Shown piece by piece: positions 14,111-25,960 of a DNA stretch of 64,000 nt. Every line of letters starts with the position of its first letter. The stretch's first letter is position 1. Made by a program: the position numbers and the translations under genes. Source of the stretch: Macrostomum lignano. Its lineage: Eukaryota. The notes beneath the pieces are model-generated. The model worked only from the letters and a program-made list of their open reading frames with translations, searched no databases and had not been told where the DNA came from. The DNA lies in contig NIVC01000762.1 in the NCBI GenBank assembly GCA_002269645.1, positions 186,001 through 250,000 on the forward strand. The letters are read 5' to 3'.

Positions 14111-17010
14111 ACAAACTCTGAATACGGACAGGCTTGGCGGAAAAGACACACAGGATGACAGTAATATCAAATAACTGCATATGACAAGGGACTTACAAAG
14201 GGTACCGCTGTATATAGAGACTCACAAAGATTCGATAGCATAGTATTTACAGAAGTGCGAGAGTCGTTGATTCAAAATATTGAAAACGAAGAACCATGGC
14301 TGCCCTGTGAGACACGGAGGCAGATTCTGAGGCAGAAGAAAAGCATCATCCAGCTGCATGTCTGCATGAGACGAACACAGAGTTTTCGCCTTCATCTAAC
14401 CGTCCCAGCAGCTATCGGATGCCCTTCGGGGACTCAAAAGGCAGGGCATGCAGAGCAGAACCAACCAACTATCTGGCAGCAGTCCAGAAGGGATTGAAGA
14501 CAATCGATATGCCTGTGCAGTCCCAGGCCAAGGAGTTCTGGAACTAAGAGTCTGGAATAGCAACTATAGGCGAGCAGAAAGGCGAATTGCTGTGCATGGT
14601 TACAATTTTTATTGTTGTGAATAAAATGTCAAAACTTTCCTAAATCTCAACAAAGAAAACACATGGGATTCTAAGCGATTCTTCCGAGAGCTAGTTTTGA
14701 TAGAAATCGGAGATTAACTCCGAAACAAGGAATTGTTTCATTGACGAATTTTATCTGATGGTGCAGCTTCAGCTTCAGTTTCTTAGTTCTAGAACTCCTT
14801 GGCAGATTTCTTCTTCCAACTGAAATCTCTTATGTAGCCAAGCCCGATAGCCTGTCTACTCCACCAGTCTTAATGGCAAGAGCGCGCAGTTTATGAGAGA
14901 ATTTTGAATATCAGCATGTGGCTGCTGCTGGTGGATGCTATAAATTGATAGATAGAAGTTTCTCTACTTGTCTCTATATTAGGCATTTAACAATCTCCCT
15001 TAGAAAGTATTGATTCGGTTTCGAAGAAAACTGAGTTGTAGATTTATCAAACCCTGCGACTTTGATAATTAATAAACTAGAAAATTTAATAAATACATGT
15101 ATTGATCAGAAACTATAAGCACTTCTCCCATGAGTGCCATTGCACTGAAAAAGTATAAGTCGCTTTCTGATCGAATACAATAAACACAAACAGTTCAATA
15201 TCCTATAGTAGTCCTTATTTTAGACAAGCGTTCGGTCTAAAAATAGTAAATATATTTCTTAAACTAGCTTTCATAAAAAAATTGATTCCATTTGGAAAAC
15301 ATATCGTAACTATTCTATAGTAGTATGAAGTAATTACTTAAAAAATTATTTGTTGTCAAAAGAGCCGATACACGACAAGATAATTATCTTTAACCAATAA
15401 TAAAACTTGTGATTGGTGACCATTAATAAACATTTGTTTCATGCTTTGCTTTTTTTAAATGCAAAAAGTGCGCAGCAGAACACAGAAAATTTACAGATTA
15501 TGCTTCGTTTTTCCTTTCTAATTGGTAGTTTAAATTAAAATTTGCGCGTAAGCTACTGTTTGGATGGAGAAAATGAATATAAGTAGTATGTCCCGTAGAC
15601 AATTTCAAACTGGATCAACAACATACACGGCTATTAGTAAATTTTTTTGCAAGGTCTGGTGTATATGTAGCTTGTAGTCTTGTTATTGCCATAGCAAGAC
15701 TCCTGTTTTTCTTTTATACTGTACTGTATGTATTGTAATAAAAGTTTTGGTTCGTTTCTGTATAAAGTACATGATACAAACTGAACTATAAATTTTCAAA
15801 GTTAAGCACATCTTATTTGCCTTTATTAAATCTCTTCAACCATCGAGTCTTTTTGGCGTCACCGGGATTAAGAGGCTGACATAACCTTAATACTGTACAT
15901 GTATCCTTTGAGATCTTCGTTGACACTTTGATTCTACTTATACAGTAGTATATACGGCATGTTTCCGATCTACTTCACTCTTTGAAAAATTCACCAAGTC
16001 TTGAAACACGCTTCTCAATATTCAGTTAAAAAACACTAGTCTCTGATCCTGACAAAATTTGCGTTTATTTATACTAATCTTTTGGTCCGTTTAAAACAAA
16101 AATACATATGCATATGTAAAGCATTTTACGGTAAAATAAACAGAAAACTCCAAATAAATATTTTGTATAATCATTACAACGTGCTTCGGCGTACTTTGAC
16201 CATTCTTAATTTTGTTGTCTAAGGTTGAACAGAACTTATAGCATAATCACATGCTCTCGTACCACGACATTTCATTGCCCGCAGTGCCAGCTTTTTGCGC
16301 CACACTCTATACTGCCTACTTATTAGTAGGTGAACTCTGACAGAAGCTGCGACTCCCCAGTTCTCCCCCAGTCGGAGAGCAACGCAGGGAGAGCAACGAC
16401 CTGCGCCTCCCCGAGGTGCCCTCTGGAGGACCGAAAGGCCCACGAAATGCAGGTCAGCAACGGGCCTTTCCCGAGGCCCACACCGCGGAGCTCGCCGACT
16501 CGTGCTCTCGAGAGTAGCAGAGGAACACAAAAACTCAAGAATATTCGTAAAATTCATAGGAAAGCGTGAGATCATTCGAAAATAAATATAATTTCAGAGA
16601 CAGATAAGGGCAGACAAAAATAGAATTTAACGAATTTAGGGCTACAAGGTGAGGCAAATGTGATTAAACTTACATCAGGATTAGTAGGAGGGTGGCGTAC
16701 TTTGACACAGAGGAACTCAATGAGGGACTAAAAAACCGGAGGAGAAATGCGAATATGGTATTTAGCGTCCTGCTGAGTTCTTTAAGCAAATAGAGATCAT
16801 ACCTATTTCTTAGAATATGGTTCTTCCCCAGATAACTGTTCAATTACGAGGCAAATGGAATTCCCACTCGTCAATATATAGTAAAATAAGAAATAAGAAG
16901 GCCAAAGTGCATTTGTGTCTAAAACTAATCATGGAACGTTATTCAACAAAAATAGAGAAAAAAACTACTAAGAACAATATAGTGAATCCGTAGAAAAAGA
17001 TAAATAATAC

Positions 17011-17402
17011 CAGGGTGTCCCATAAGTAACTCTACAACTTGTTTCGTGAATAACTCTGTGATTAATGCTTGGATCCCCACCAGATTTTAGCATAGGAAAA
17101 TATACAGAAAAGGGATCCTTCTGACACCAAAAGCATGTTCATACGTTAAAAAATACAGTCCGTTCAGGGTCCTTCGATGTGGCCACCGCCGTTTGTAAGG
17201 CAGGCCTTCAGCCGCCGCGGAAAGTCCAGCAGGGCTTTGGTAAGCGTCTCAGGCGAAATCTGGGCCTGATATGAACATGCTTTTGGTGTCAAAAAAATCC
17301 CTTTTCTATATATTTTTCTATGCTAAAATCTGGTTTGGATCCAAGCATTAGTCACAAAGTTATTAACGAAACAAGTTGTAAAGTTACTTATGGGACACCC
17401 TG
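17011..17402. mobile_element. Tc1/mariner-type MITE
   Basis: About 130-bp terminal inverted repeats starting CAGGGTGTCCCATAAG, flanked by TA (left side reads tac). Absent from the paralogous flank at about 22170-22200. Confidence 0.85.
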
Positions 17403-18145
17403 TATTTTTTTCTACTGCATGAAGTCTCGTCAGTGAGAATGCTAGCTCACTATAACAGAAAAGCAGGTTGAGAATTAAAAAAGGAACAACATGTTCTGGG
17501 TAAAAGTTTTTAAAGCCGAAAAGTCGGCCTAAATCAATATACTGAGTAAAACGCACCATAAATAATTTAAAATAAAAATAGGGCTCTCATTTAAAACAAA
17601 ATGTTTTATGAAAGTTGGCTTTACAACTCAGGAAGCATCAAAGTTAATAAAAGCGATGTGAATAATGTTCGTTCATGCACGTAGAAAAAAGAATAGAATA
17701 ACAAATAAATCATATTTCACTAATTTCAGCTCACATAAGGCATTTCTTATAAAAAGTTACAAAAGGACCGTTTGCTTGAAAATTCTATTTACAAATTTTT
17801 GTGCATGATCAATTGGAAGTTGTTGTTAGCTGGCCAAGCCAAAGGAACTCGCAGATCAAAAGGGAGAGTTTGGGTTAAAGCCCAAATGATTGGTTATTTG
17901 GGTTGCTGATGTCTTAGGCTACTTCAAGTAGATCATCGATAGTATATCTCCTAGATGGGCTTTCAGGATTGATATTTTTTCCCTGGGATACTAACAATAC
18001 AGGGTAAAAATCTAAACTCAGGGTCAAAATATAGCGATTTCTAAGAAAAATATTCAAAATATAAACGTTTATTAAACACCATGCATACGCACAGTAAATT
18101 AAAGTGTTAAAGTGATCAAAAGTATCTAGCTCGTAGTCGAAAAAA

Positions 18146-21100
18146 TTAATACATAAATTTGTGTGGGTGTGACGAAGAGCAAGTTACTCGCTTACAAGTA
18201 GGACAGGCGAATTTGCAACACTGTTTGCACCAGAGGTAGCCGTTGCTTGCCGGTCTCAATCCGTGCCCACAATCTCCAACCAACTGCAGACTTGAATTTT
18301 GCGGCAAATCGCGATGCAAATATTCACTGCGGAAATCACCTAGACGAAGACCGCCAGAAGCAACAGAAGAACCAGGATTGCCGGCCAACAATCGCAGGTG
18401 ATTAACAGCAGTTCTTCGGTCATCAACAGACCAGCTTTTTGATTTGCTTCCCCAGATGCGATCTTCCAACCACTTAGCATGTTCGGAGTAGTCAAGACTA
18501 CTTGAAAGAAAGCATCTATAACATGCCGGACAGTTTATGTCAAACTTGTCACGGCATCCATCGACTAGCTTACGAAAAACATAAGTGGAGAAGCAATCTT
18601 GGCACAGAGAACAAGAGCATGTCGGAGGATCAATCTTCTCAAATTGGTCTTTGTCTAGACGGCACTTCGAACAAGAAAATTTAGAAGCATCTTTGACAGC
18701 GGCAGATGGCTCAGGAAAGCGCTCCCGTTGCCTCCAGTCAGACAGCTTCTGGTCGAAGCGCTCAAGGATGGACGCCGATTCTGCATCACCGAGCTTTTGG
18801 CGAATTCGAAGCCGTGCATATTCATAATGTTCATTCTCGTTTCTTCTATCAATGAAGGGGCGCGAACAGAAGCAAATAAAGTCATTGAGAAAAAAATAAC
18901 TGCGTCCGATTGCTTTCCAAAAACAGTCCACGCATATTTTGCAGCCACAAACTTTTACTTCAAACGGATCAGTCTCCTCAACCTTGCGTCGGCATTTACA
19001 GCAAGTAAAAGAGACCGATGGTTTCGAATTTTCTGGTACAACTCCAGCCATTTCCCAGGCGCTACTTGAGAATTCAGCTGGCCTGGAAGAAATACTTTTT
19101 ACTTGGTCCGATGCAGCTCTGCAAGCTTGGTCATAGGAAAGGCCGTGATCCCTCATAAGTCCATCAACTCTATCGTCAATTTGATGTCGCTCAAAATCAA
19201 ATTCACCAGGTGACCTATTTCTTCTAACGCTCAAATGACTCTCCGGTTGGATTTCAAAATTGCAAACTTCACAAATAGTGGCAGTTAACTGATTTTTAAA
19301 AGTACATTTCGGACACTGACCAGCCTCTAAAGGTTCACCATTAGTACCCTCGTTCGGCACACTGCTCGTTGCAGACTGTACCTCAGTGTTTCTAGTAGCA
19401 GCTTCATTAACTGCAGAATCGCCGCTTCTATTATAATGAGCAGTTTCAGCTCCACAGAAAGGTCTGCTGTAATCATTAGCGACAGCTCCACCACTTGAAT
19501 ACTCAGAAGGCTGGGATCTTGCCGAAGAAGCACCTTGAATAGGAACAGCATCAAGCTGTTCATCACAACCATTACACCTTAATGAAAGCGAGTCATTCAG
19601 CAATGTGCATTTTACACACAGGACTTTGCCGGTAGAAGCCTTAATCTTCTCAACAACATCAGCAAGGCTGCTTGTCTTCGAGCACACTTGGCAAATAAGG
19701 CGATCATTTTTCGTCTTGTCAGAGTTACCGCTGAACTCGTTTATTGCAGTGCAATAAGCACATGTCCAAGGAATACCAGTCACCTGGCCGGGATTGTGAC
19801 TGCCGACGCTTAAGCCTTCATTTGTCTGGTCGACAGAAAAAACACGTTGAACCATTACTGGCTGGCCAGAATCGCGTTCTCTCGTTGGCTGGCCAGAATC
19901 GCGTTCTCTCGTTGGCTGGCCAGAATCGCGTTTTCTCGTTGGCTGACCAGAATCGCGTTCTCTCGTTGGCTGGCCAGAATCGCGTTCTCTCGTTGGCTGG
20001 CCAGAATCGCGTTCTCTCGTTGGCTGGCCAGAATCGCGTTCTCTCGTTGGCTGGCCAGAATCGCGTTCTCTCGTTGGCTGGCCAGAATCGCGCTTTTTCT
20101 TTGGCTTGTCAGAATTGCGTTTTCGCGATGGCTGACCAGAATCGCGTTCTCTCATTGGCTGGCCAGAATTGCGTTCTCTCATTGGCTGTCCAGAATCGCG
20201 TTCTCTCATTGGCTGGCCAGAATTGTGTTCTCTCATTGGCTGACCAGAATCGCGTTCTCTCATTGGCAGACCAGAATCGCGTTCTCTCGTTGGCTGGCCA
20301 GAATCGCGTTCTCTCGTTGGCTGGCCAGAATCGCGTTCTCTCGTTGGCTGGCCAGAATCGCGCTTTTTCTTTGGCTTGTCAGAATTGCGTTTTCGCGATG
20401 GCTGACCAGAATCGCGTTCTCTCATTGGCTGGCCAGAATTGCGTTCTCTCATTGGCTGTCCAGAATCGCGTTCTCTCATTGGCTGGCCAGAATTGTGTTC
20501 TCTCATTGGCTGACCAGAATCGCGTTCTCTCATTGGCAGACCAGAATTGCGTTCTCTCATTGGCTGACCGGAAGGTTCAATGTACATCTCACAAACAGAG
20601 GCAGTTAATGGATTTTCTAAAGTACATCTCGGGCTCTGACCGGCTTCTAAAGTACCACCATCAGTACCTCCATTCAGTCCATTGCTCGTTGCAGACTGTA
20701 CATCAGAAGTATCGTCCCACTCGTCCAGCAACTGAAGCATTCTGTTAGTCTCGTCAACTCCGATCTCAGACTCCAACTCGAGCACTTGAATCTTCATCAA
20801 CTCGCGAGCCTCAAAATCGCCAGTCCACGCCACTCCGCACACCTGACATTCCAAGCGGCTGGGCAGAGATCGCACGAAGCTGCCAAAACAAGCTGAGCAC
20901 AGCTCACAGCCGCAGCTACTCATGCTAGTCAGCTTCAGTTGTGGCATCTCATTGTTGCACTTGCTGCACCTGCATTTCAGCTTGCTAAGCAGCTCAGCAA
21001 TGTCAAAGCAGGCAAAATCGCTGTTCTGAATCGCATTGATGAGATCGGACTCGCTGAACTCTTTGAACTCGACCAGATCTTTGAGCTGGTAGAATCGCTC

Positions 21101-21295
21101 AGCCACGACTGGGTCGCAGCGGTCCAATGCAGAGGGCAGCTTCAGCTCCACAACCTTGTGATTCAAGTCTCCGTGATGCAGCTGGTAACACAGTCTGCAC
21201 ATGAAGCCGTAACGACACTCGGCATCGATGCACTTGAAGCTGCCAATGTTGCGGAAGCAGATGTGGCACAGACTTGGGCCTGCTCGAGCGGCCAT
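18146..21295 (-). CDS. HOIP-related zinc-finger protein A (1049 aa): variant B-box, helical segment, RING-like, 10-aa repeats, NZFs, two more RING-like domains, no RING2
   Basis: Single ORF with CxxC/NZF motifs (WTCAYCTAIN, CVKCTLLN, CPKCTFKN). The pre-RING segment FKEFSESDL is shared with cluster paralogs. Acceptor cttcag 6 nt before the ATG. Confidence 0.85.
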   Translation of the reverse strand: MAARAGPSLCHICFRNIGSFKCIDAECRYGFMCRLCYQLHHGDLNHKVVELKLPSALDRCDPVVAERFYQLKDLVEFKEFSESDLINAIQNSDFACFDIAELLSKLKCRCSKCNNEMPQLKLTSMSSCGCELCSACFGSFVRSLPSRLECQVCGVAWTGDFEARELMKIQVLELESEIGVDETNRMLQLLDEWDDTSDVQSATSNGLNGGTDGGTLEAGQSPRCTLENPLTASVCEMYIEPSGQPMRERNSGLPMRERDSGQPMREHNSGQPMRERDSGQPMRERNSGQPMRERDSGQPSRKRNSDKPKKKRDSGQPTRERDSGQPTRERDSGQPTRERDSGLPMRERDSGQPMREHNSGQPMRERDSGQPMRERNSGQPMRERDSGQPSRKRNSDKPKKKRDSGQPTRERDSGQPTRERDSGQPTRERDSGQPTRERDSGQPTRERDSGQPTRKRDSGQPTRERDSGQPTRERDSGQPVMVQRVFSVDQTNEGLSVGSHNPGQVTGIPWTCAYCTAINEFSGNSDKTKNDRLICQVCSKTSSLADVVEKIKASTGKVLCVKCTLLNDSLSLRCNGCDEQLDAVPIQGASSARSQPSEYSSGGAVANDYSRPFCGAETAHYNRSGDSAVNEAATRNTEVQSATSSVPNEGTNGEPLEAGQCPKCTFKNQLTATICEVCNFEIQPESHLSVRRNRSPGEFDFERHQIDDRVDGLMRDHGLSYDQACRAASDQVKSISSRPAEFSSSAWEMAGVVPENSKPSVSFTCCKCRRKVEETDPFEVKVCGCKICVDCFWKAIGRSYFFLNDFICFCSRPFIDRRNENEHYEYARLRIRQKLGDAESASILERFDQKLSDWRQRERFPEPSAAVKDASKFSCSKCRLDKDQFEKIDPPTCSCSLCQDCFSTYVFRKLVDGCRDKFDINCPACYRCFLSSSLDYSEHAKWLEDRIWGSKSKSWSVDDRRTAVNHLRLLAGNPGSSVASGGLRLGDFRSEYLHRDLPQNSSLQLVGDCGHGLRPASNGYLWCKQCCKFACPTCKRVTCSSSHPHKFMY
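19856..20570 (-). repeat. Coding 30-bp repeat (RERDSGQPxR) with a higher-order block duplication
   Basis: About 24 units; the block containing the RKRNSDKPKKK variant occurs twice. Confidence 0.95.
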
Positions 21296-23189
21296 TCTGA
21301 GCTGAAGTGAGTTGAATAAAAATTAGAACATATATATTCAGACTGTTAATGATATAATACACTAGATGCCTACGACTCGACCTATTAGGGGAGCTGTGAG
21401 CTGGCTAGAAGAGCAGAATCAAACCGAAATGATACTGTCAGGACAGGTTGCTGTCCTTCTGTCCTGCCCAAAGTTGAACTCTCCCCCCCACTAGCTAGGC
21501 TGAACTGAACGATCCACTTTGGATCCGCAACATTTCTTTGCCCACAGTGCAAGCTTTTTGCGTCACACTCTATACTGTCTACTTATCAGTAGATGAACTC
21601 TGACGGAACTGCGACTCGCTCAGTTGGAGCTCCGACTCTTGCTTTCGAGAGTAGCAGAGGAACACAAGAACTCAATTAAGAGTACTCGTAAAAGTGATAG
21701 TAAAGAGCGCGATTATTTTGAAAATAGTATCTATTTTTTTCAGAGAAAGATCAGGGCAGACAAAAAAGAAATGACCAAATGTAGGGTTAAAAGGTGAGGC
21801 TGGTGTTATCAAAATTAAATCAGGCTAAGGAGATGGCGTGCTTTGGCGCTGAGGAACTCAATGAGGGACTCAAAAGCTAGATGAGAAATACAAAAAGGGC
21901 ACTTAGCGTTGAGCTGATATCGGTCCTCCCCAAGCTTAATGAACACTTTTATGAACAGATTTTTAGTGATGCAGGTACGAAAGATAACATACCTACTACT
22001 TAGAATATGGTACTTCCACAGAATTAATACGAGACAGATACAATTCCTACGCGTCAATATATTGTAAAATAAGAAGGCCGAAACGCTCGTGTCTAAAACA
22101 CATCATGGAACGTTTTTTAACAAAAATGGAAAAACTACTAAGAAAACTATAATGGATATAGGAAAACGATAAATAGTATCTTTTTTTCTGCGTCAAGTCT
22201 CGCCAGAAACAATGCGCACTGTAACAGAACACTATAGGCTTAGAATAAAAAAGGAACAATTCCTCTGGATAAACATATTCAAACAGCCGACAAGCAGGCA
22301 TCAATAAGTAATACAACACGTAACAGAATTATTTACTACAATATAACGCGCATCTCACATATTTAAAAAGATAAGTCTCATTTAACAATAAAGTGTTTAA
22401 TTAAAGTTGACCAACACTCAGGAAGCAACAAATTCAAACAACGATGCCAATAATATACGTAGAAATAAGAAAATAATAACAAACTAATCATATCTCAAAT
22501 TACTTTTGGAATTCATTATAGAAACTTGCGTTCGTTACAAAAGAACCGTTTGCTTGAAATTCTACGAGCGTATTTACAAAGTTTTCTTCAAGAAAAGTGG
22601 TTCATTTAGTGCAAACCATTTGCGCATGATCAATTGAAAGTTGTTGGTAGCTGGCCAAGCCAAAGGAAGTCGCAGATCAAAGGGAGAGTTTGGGCTAAAG
22701 CCATAGCTTAAAGTGAGGCTTTGATGCTAAAGCTCACATGAGGTGAGGTGGCTGGACAGCTGGCTTTCAGGTTGATGTTATTTGCTTTAAACTGTTTCCT
22801 TAGAATACTAACAATACAGGGTAAAAGCCTCCATGTAGCTAGTTTACTCAAAAAGTTTTTCTTTCTTTCTTTGTCGCTTTCCTAGAGGGGCGGGGCTGAT
22901 TACTACTCGTAGTTTTATGCTAATAAGCAACTCATTCTCCAGATTTGCATTCGCTCAACTTTTACCTTCTGTCTTCGCTTCAGCCTTTGAGCAGTGAATA
23001 AAGCCAGTTTAGGAACGATAAATTAAGTTATCAAAAGAATACGAATAACAGTCGAAATACAGCAATTTTTTATAAATGATAAAAAATAACACTGTTTACT
23101 GTGCCTATGCACAGCAAATAACTCGTATTCGTGGTGATCACAAGTTTCTAGTGGTCAATTTACAGTCATTGTTGTTACGAAATGTTATG

Positions 23190-25310
23190 TTAATGCATAC
23201 ATGTGTGTGGGTAAGAAAAAGTGTCAATTATTCGCTTGCAAGTAGAGCAGGCAAATTTGAAACATTGATTGCACCAGAGATAGCCATATTTTTCCTGCTC
23301 CAACCTGTGCCCACAATATCCAACCAACTGCAGACTTGAATTTTGCGGCAAATTGCGATGCACAGATTCACTGCGGAAATCACTTTCTTGACGATGACCA
23401 GAAGCAACAGAAGAACCAGGATTGCTGGCCAACAATCGCAGGCATTTAACAGCAATTTCTCGTTCACTAATAGATAAGTTTGTTGATTTGCTTGCCCAGA
23501 TGCAATCTTCCAACCATTTAGCATGTTTTGAGCAGTCAGACGTACTTGAAAGAAAGCATCTATAACATGCCGGACACTTTATTTTATACTTGTCACAGCA
23601 TCCATCAACCAGCTTACGAAAAACATCAGTGGAAAAGCAATCTTGGCACACGGAACAAGAGCATGTCGGAGGACCAATCTTGTCACATAAGTCTTTGTCT
23701 AGATGGCACTTCCGACAAAAAAATTTAGGAGCATATTTGACAGCGGCAGATGGATCAGAAAAGCCTTCCCGTTGCCTCCAGTCAGACAGCTTCTGTTCGA
23801 AGCGCTCAAGGATTGATGCCGATTCTGCATCACCGAGCTTTTGGCGAATTTGAAGCCGTGCGTTACTGTAATGCTCATTACGATCTCTTTTCTCTTTTAA
23901 CGCGCGTGAACAGAAGCAAAATAAGGCACCAAGACAAACACTACTGATTTCAATTGCTTTACAGAAGCATTTCATGCATATTTTGCAGCCGCAAATTTTT
24001 ACCTCAAAAGGATCAGTCTCTTTAACGTTACGTAGGCATTTACAGCAAGCAAAACAGACCGCTGGTTCGAAAGTCTCTGGCACAACTCCAGCAATTTCCT
24101 TGGCGCTACTTGAGAATTCAGTTGGCCTGACAGAAGTGTCATCTACTTGGTCCGATGCAGCTCTGCAAGCTTGCTCATAGGAAAGGCCATTTCCCATAAG
24201 TCTATAAACTCTATCGTCAATTCCATGTCGCTCACGATCAAATTCACCAGATGACCTATTCCTTACAACGCTCAAATGACTTGCCGGTTGGATTTCAGCA
24301 TCGCACATCTCACAAACAGTGGCAGTTAATCGGTTTTTAAAGGTACATTTCGGACACTGATCGTCTTCTAAGGTATCACCATCAGTACCACCATTCAGCA
24401 CACTGCTCGTTGCAGACTGCACATCAGTGTTTCTAGCAGCAGCTTCATGACCTGCAGAATCGCCGGTTCTATCATAATGAGCAGTTTCAGCTTTAAAGAA
24501 AGGTCTGCTGTAATCATTAGCGACAGCTCCACCACTTGAATACTCAGAAGGCTGGGATCTTGCCGAAGAAGCACCTTGAATAGGAACAGCAACAAGCGTT
24601 TTATCACAACCATCACATTTTACTGAATGTGAGTCGTTTAGCAATGTGCATTTTACACACAAGACTTTGCCAGTAAAAGCCTTGACGCTCTCTACAACAT
24701 CCGCGAGGCTGCTGGTCTTCGAGCACACTTGGCAGGTAAGGCGATCATTTTTTGTGGTGTCAGAGTTACAGTTGAAGTCATTTATAGCAGTGCAATGAGC
24801 ACATGTCCAAGGTATACCAGTCGCCTGGCCAGAATTATGACTGCCGACGCTTAAGTCTTCATTCCTCTTGTTGACAGGATTAACATGTTGACCTATGTTT
24901 GGCTGGTCAAAATCCCGTTCTCTCATTGGTTGGCCAGAATCGCGCTGTCTAATTGGCTTGTCAGAATTGCGTTCTTTCATTGGCTGGTCAAAATCGCGTT
25001 CTCTCATTGGCTGGCCAGAATCACGCTCTCTCATTGGCTGGCCAGAATCACGCTCTCTCATTGGCTGGCCAGGATCACGTTCTATCGTTGGAAAGTTAGA
25101 TTGACGCCCGTCACTCGATAGTACAGAGTTTAAACCTGTATGAGTTGCACTTTGCTGAATATCAATTCGGTGATGGTCTTTCCTGGCAGGATGTCCATGC
25201 CAAATGTTATCGCAGCTTAAGCACAGCCGCTTCCTACTGCAACTAGCAACGGAGCACTCTTTTTCCGCTGGGTCGTCGCCGCAAAATTGGCACGGCTCGG
25301 TTTCTGACAT
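23190..25310 (-). CDS. HOIP-related zinc-finger protein B (706 aa): HOIP-type B-box, short repeat, NZFs, two RING-like domains, no RING2
   Basis: CQFCGDDPA..C...LCLSCDNIWHGHP.R..H resembles the HOIP B-box. The rest is colinear with the C-terminal part of protein A, and the flanks are also duplicated. Confidence 0.85.
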   Translation of the reverse strand: MSETEPCQFCGDDPAEKECSVASCSRKRLCLSCDNIWHGHPARKDHHRIDIQQSATHTGLNSVLSSDGRQSNFPTIERDPGQPMRERDSGQPMRERDSGQPMRERDFDQPMKERNSDKPIRQRDSGQPMRERDFDQPNIGQHVNPVNKRNEDLSVGSHNSGQATGIPWTCAHCTAINDFNCNSDTTKNDRLTCQVCSKTSSLADVVESVKAFTGKVLCVKCTLLNDSHSVKCDGCDKTLVAVPIQGASSARSQPSEYSSGGAVANDYSRPFFKAETAHYDRTGDSAGHEAAARNTDVQSATSSVLNGGTDGDTLEDDQCPKCTFKNRLTATVCEMCDAEIQPASHLSVVRNRSSGEFDRERHGIDDRVYRLMGNGLSYEQACRAASDQVDDTSVRPTEFSSSAKEIAGVVPETFEPAVCFACCKCLRNVKETDPFEVKICGCKICMKCFCKAIEISSVCLGALFCFCSRALKEKRDRNEHYSNARLQIRQKLGDAESASILERFEQKLSDWRQREGFSDPSAAVKYAPKFFCRKCHLDKDLCDKIGPPTCSCSVCQDCFSTDVFRKLVDGCCDKYKIKCPACYRCFLSSTSDCSKHAKWLEDCIWASKSTNLSISEREIAVKCLRLLASNPGSSVASGHRQESDFRSESVHRNLPQNSSLQLVGYCGHRLEQEKYGYLWCNQCFKFACSTCKRIIDTFSYPHTCMH

Positions 25311-25552
25311 GCTTTGCAAGGTTTCATGAAGGTATTAACTTTTATTATAGAGGCTATGGTTTCTTAAGAAAAGCAACGAAAAAATGTTATTAACTGTACC
25401 ATGCATAGAGACTACTCCAGTGTATTTTATGACATCACTACTAGTACTCTGATGGAGATAGGCTAATTACCTAAATATATAAGACAAGCGTATAACTGGA
25501 ATGTTTCTGTTCTGACTATTAGTGCTTCTGGCAGTTAGTGTCAGAAGGCTTG

Positions 25553-25960
25553 CGATCAGATGCTAAGGCTCATGGGGAATCGCTCATAAGCCAAGGCTCA
25601 TGGGGAATCGCTCAGATGCTGAGGCTCATGGGCAATCGCTCAGATGCTAAGGCTCATGAGGGAATCGCTCAGATGCCAAGGCTCATAGGGAATCGCTCAG
25701 ATGCCAAGGCTGATGGGGAATCGCTCAAATGCTAAGGCTGATGGGGAATCGCTCAAATGCTAAGGCTCATGGCGGAATCGCTCAGATACCAAGGCTCATG
25801 GCGGAATCGCTCAGATACCAAGGCTCATGGGGGAATCGCTCAGATGCTAAGGCTCATGGGGAATCGCTCAGATGCTAAGGCTCATGGGGAATCGCTCAGA
25901 TATCAAGGCTCATGGGGAATCGCTCAGATTCTAAGGCTCATGAGCGAATCGCTCAGATGC
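25553..25960. repeat. Minisatellite, 28 bp unit (gatgctaaggctcatggggaatcgctca)
   Basis: About 14 units just upstream of gene B. Confidence 0.95.
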
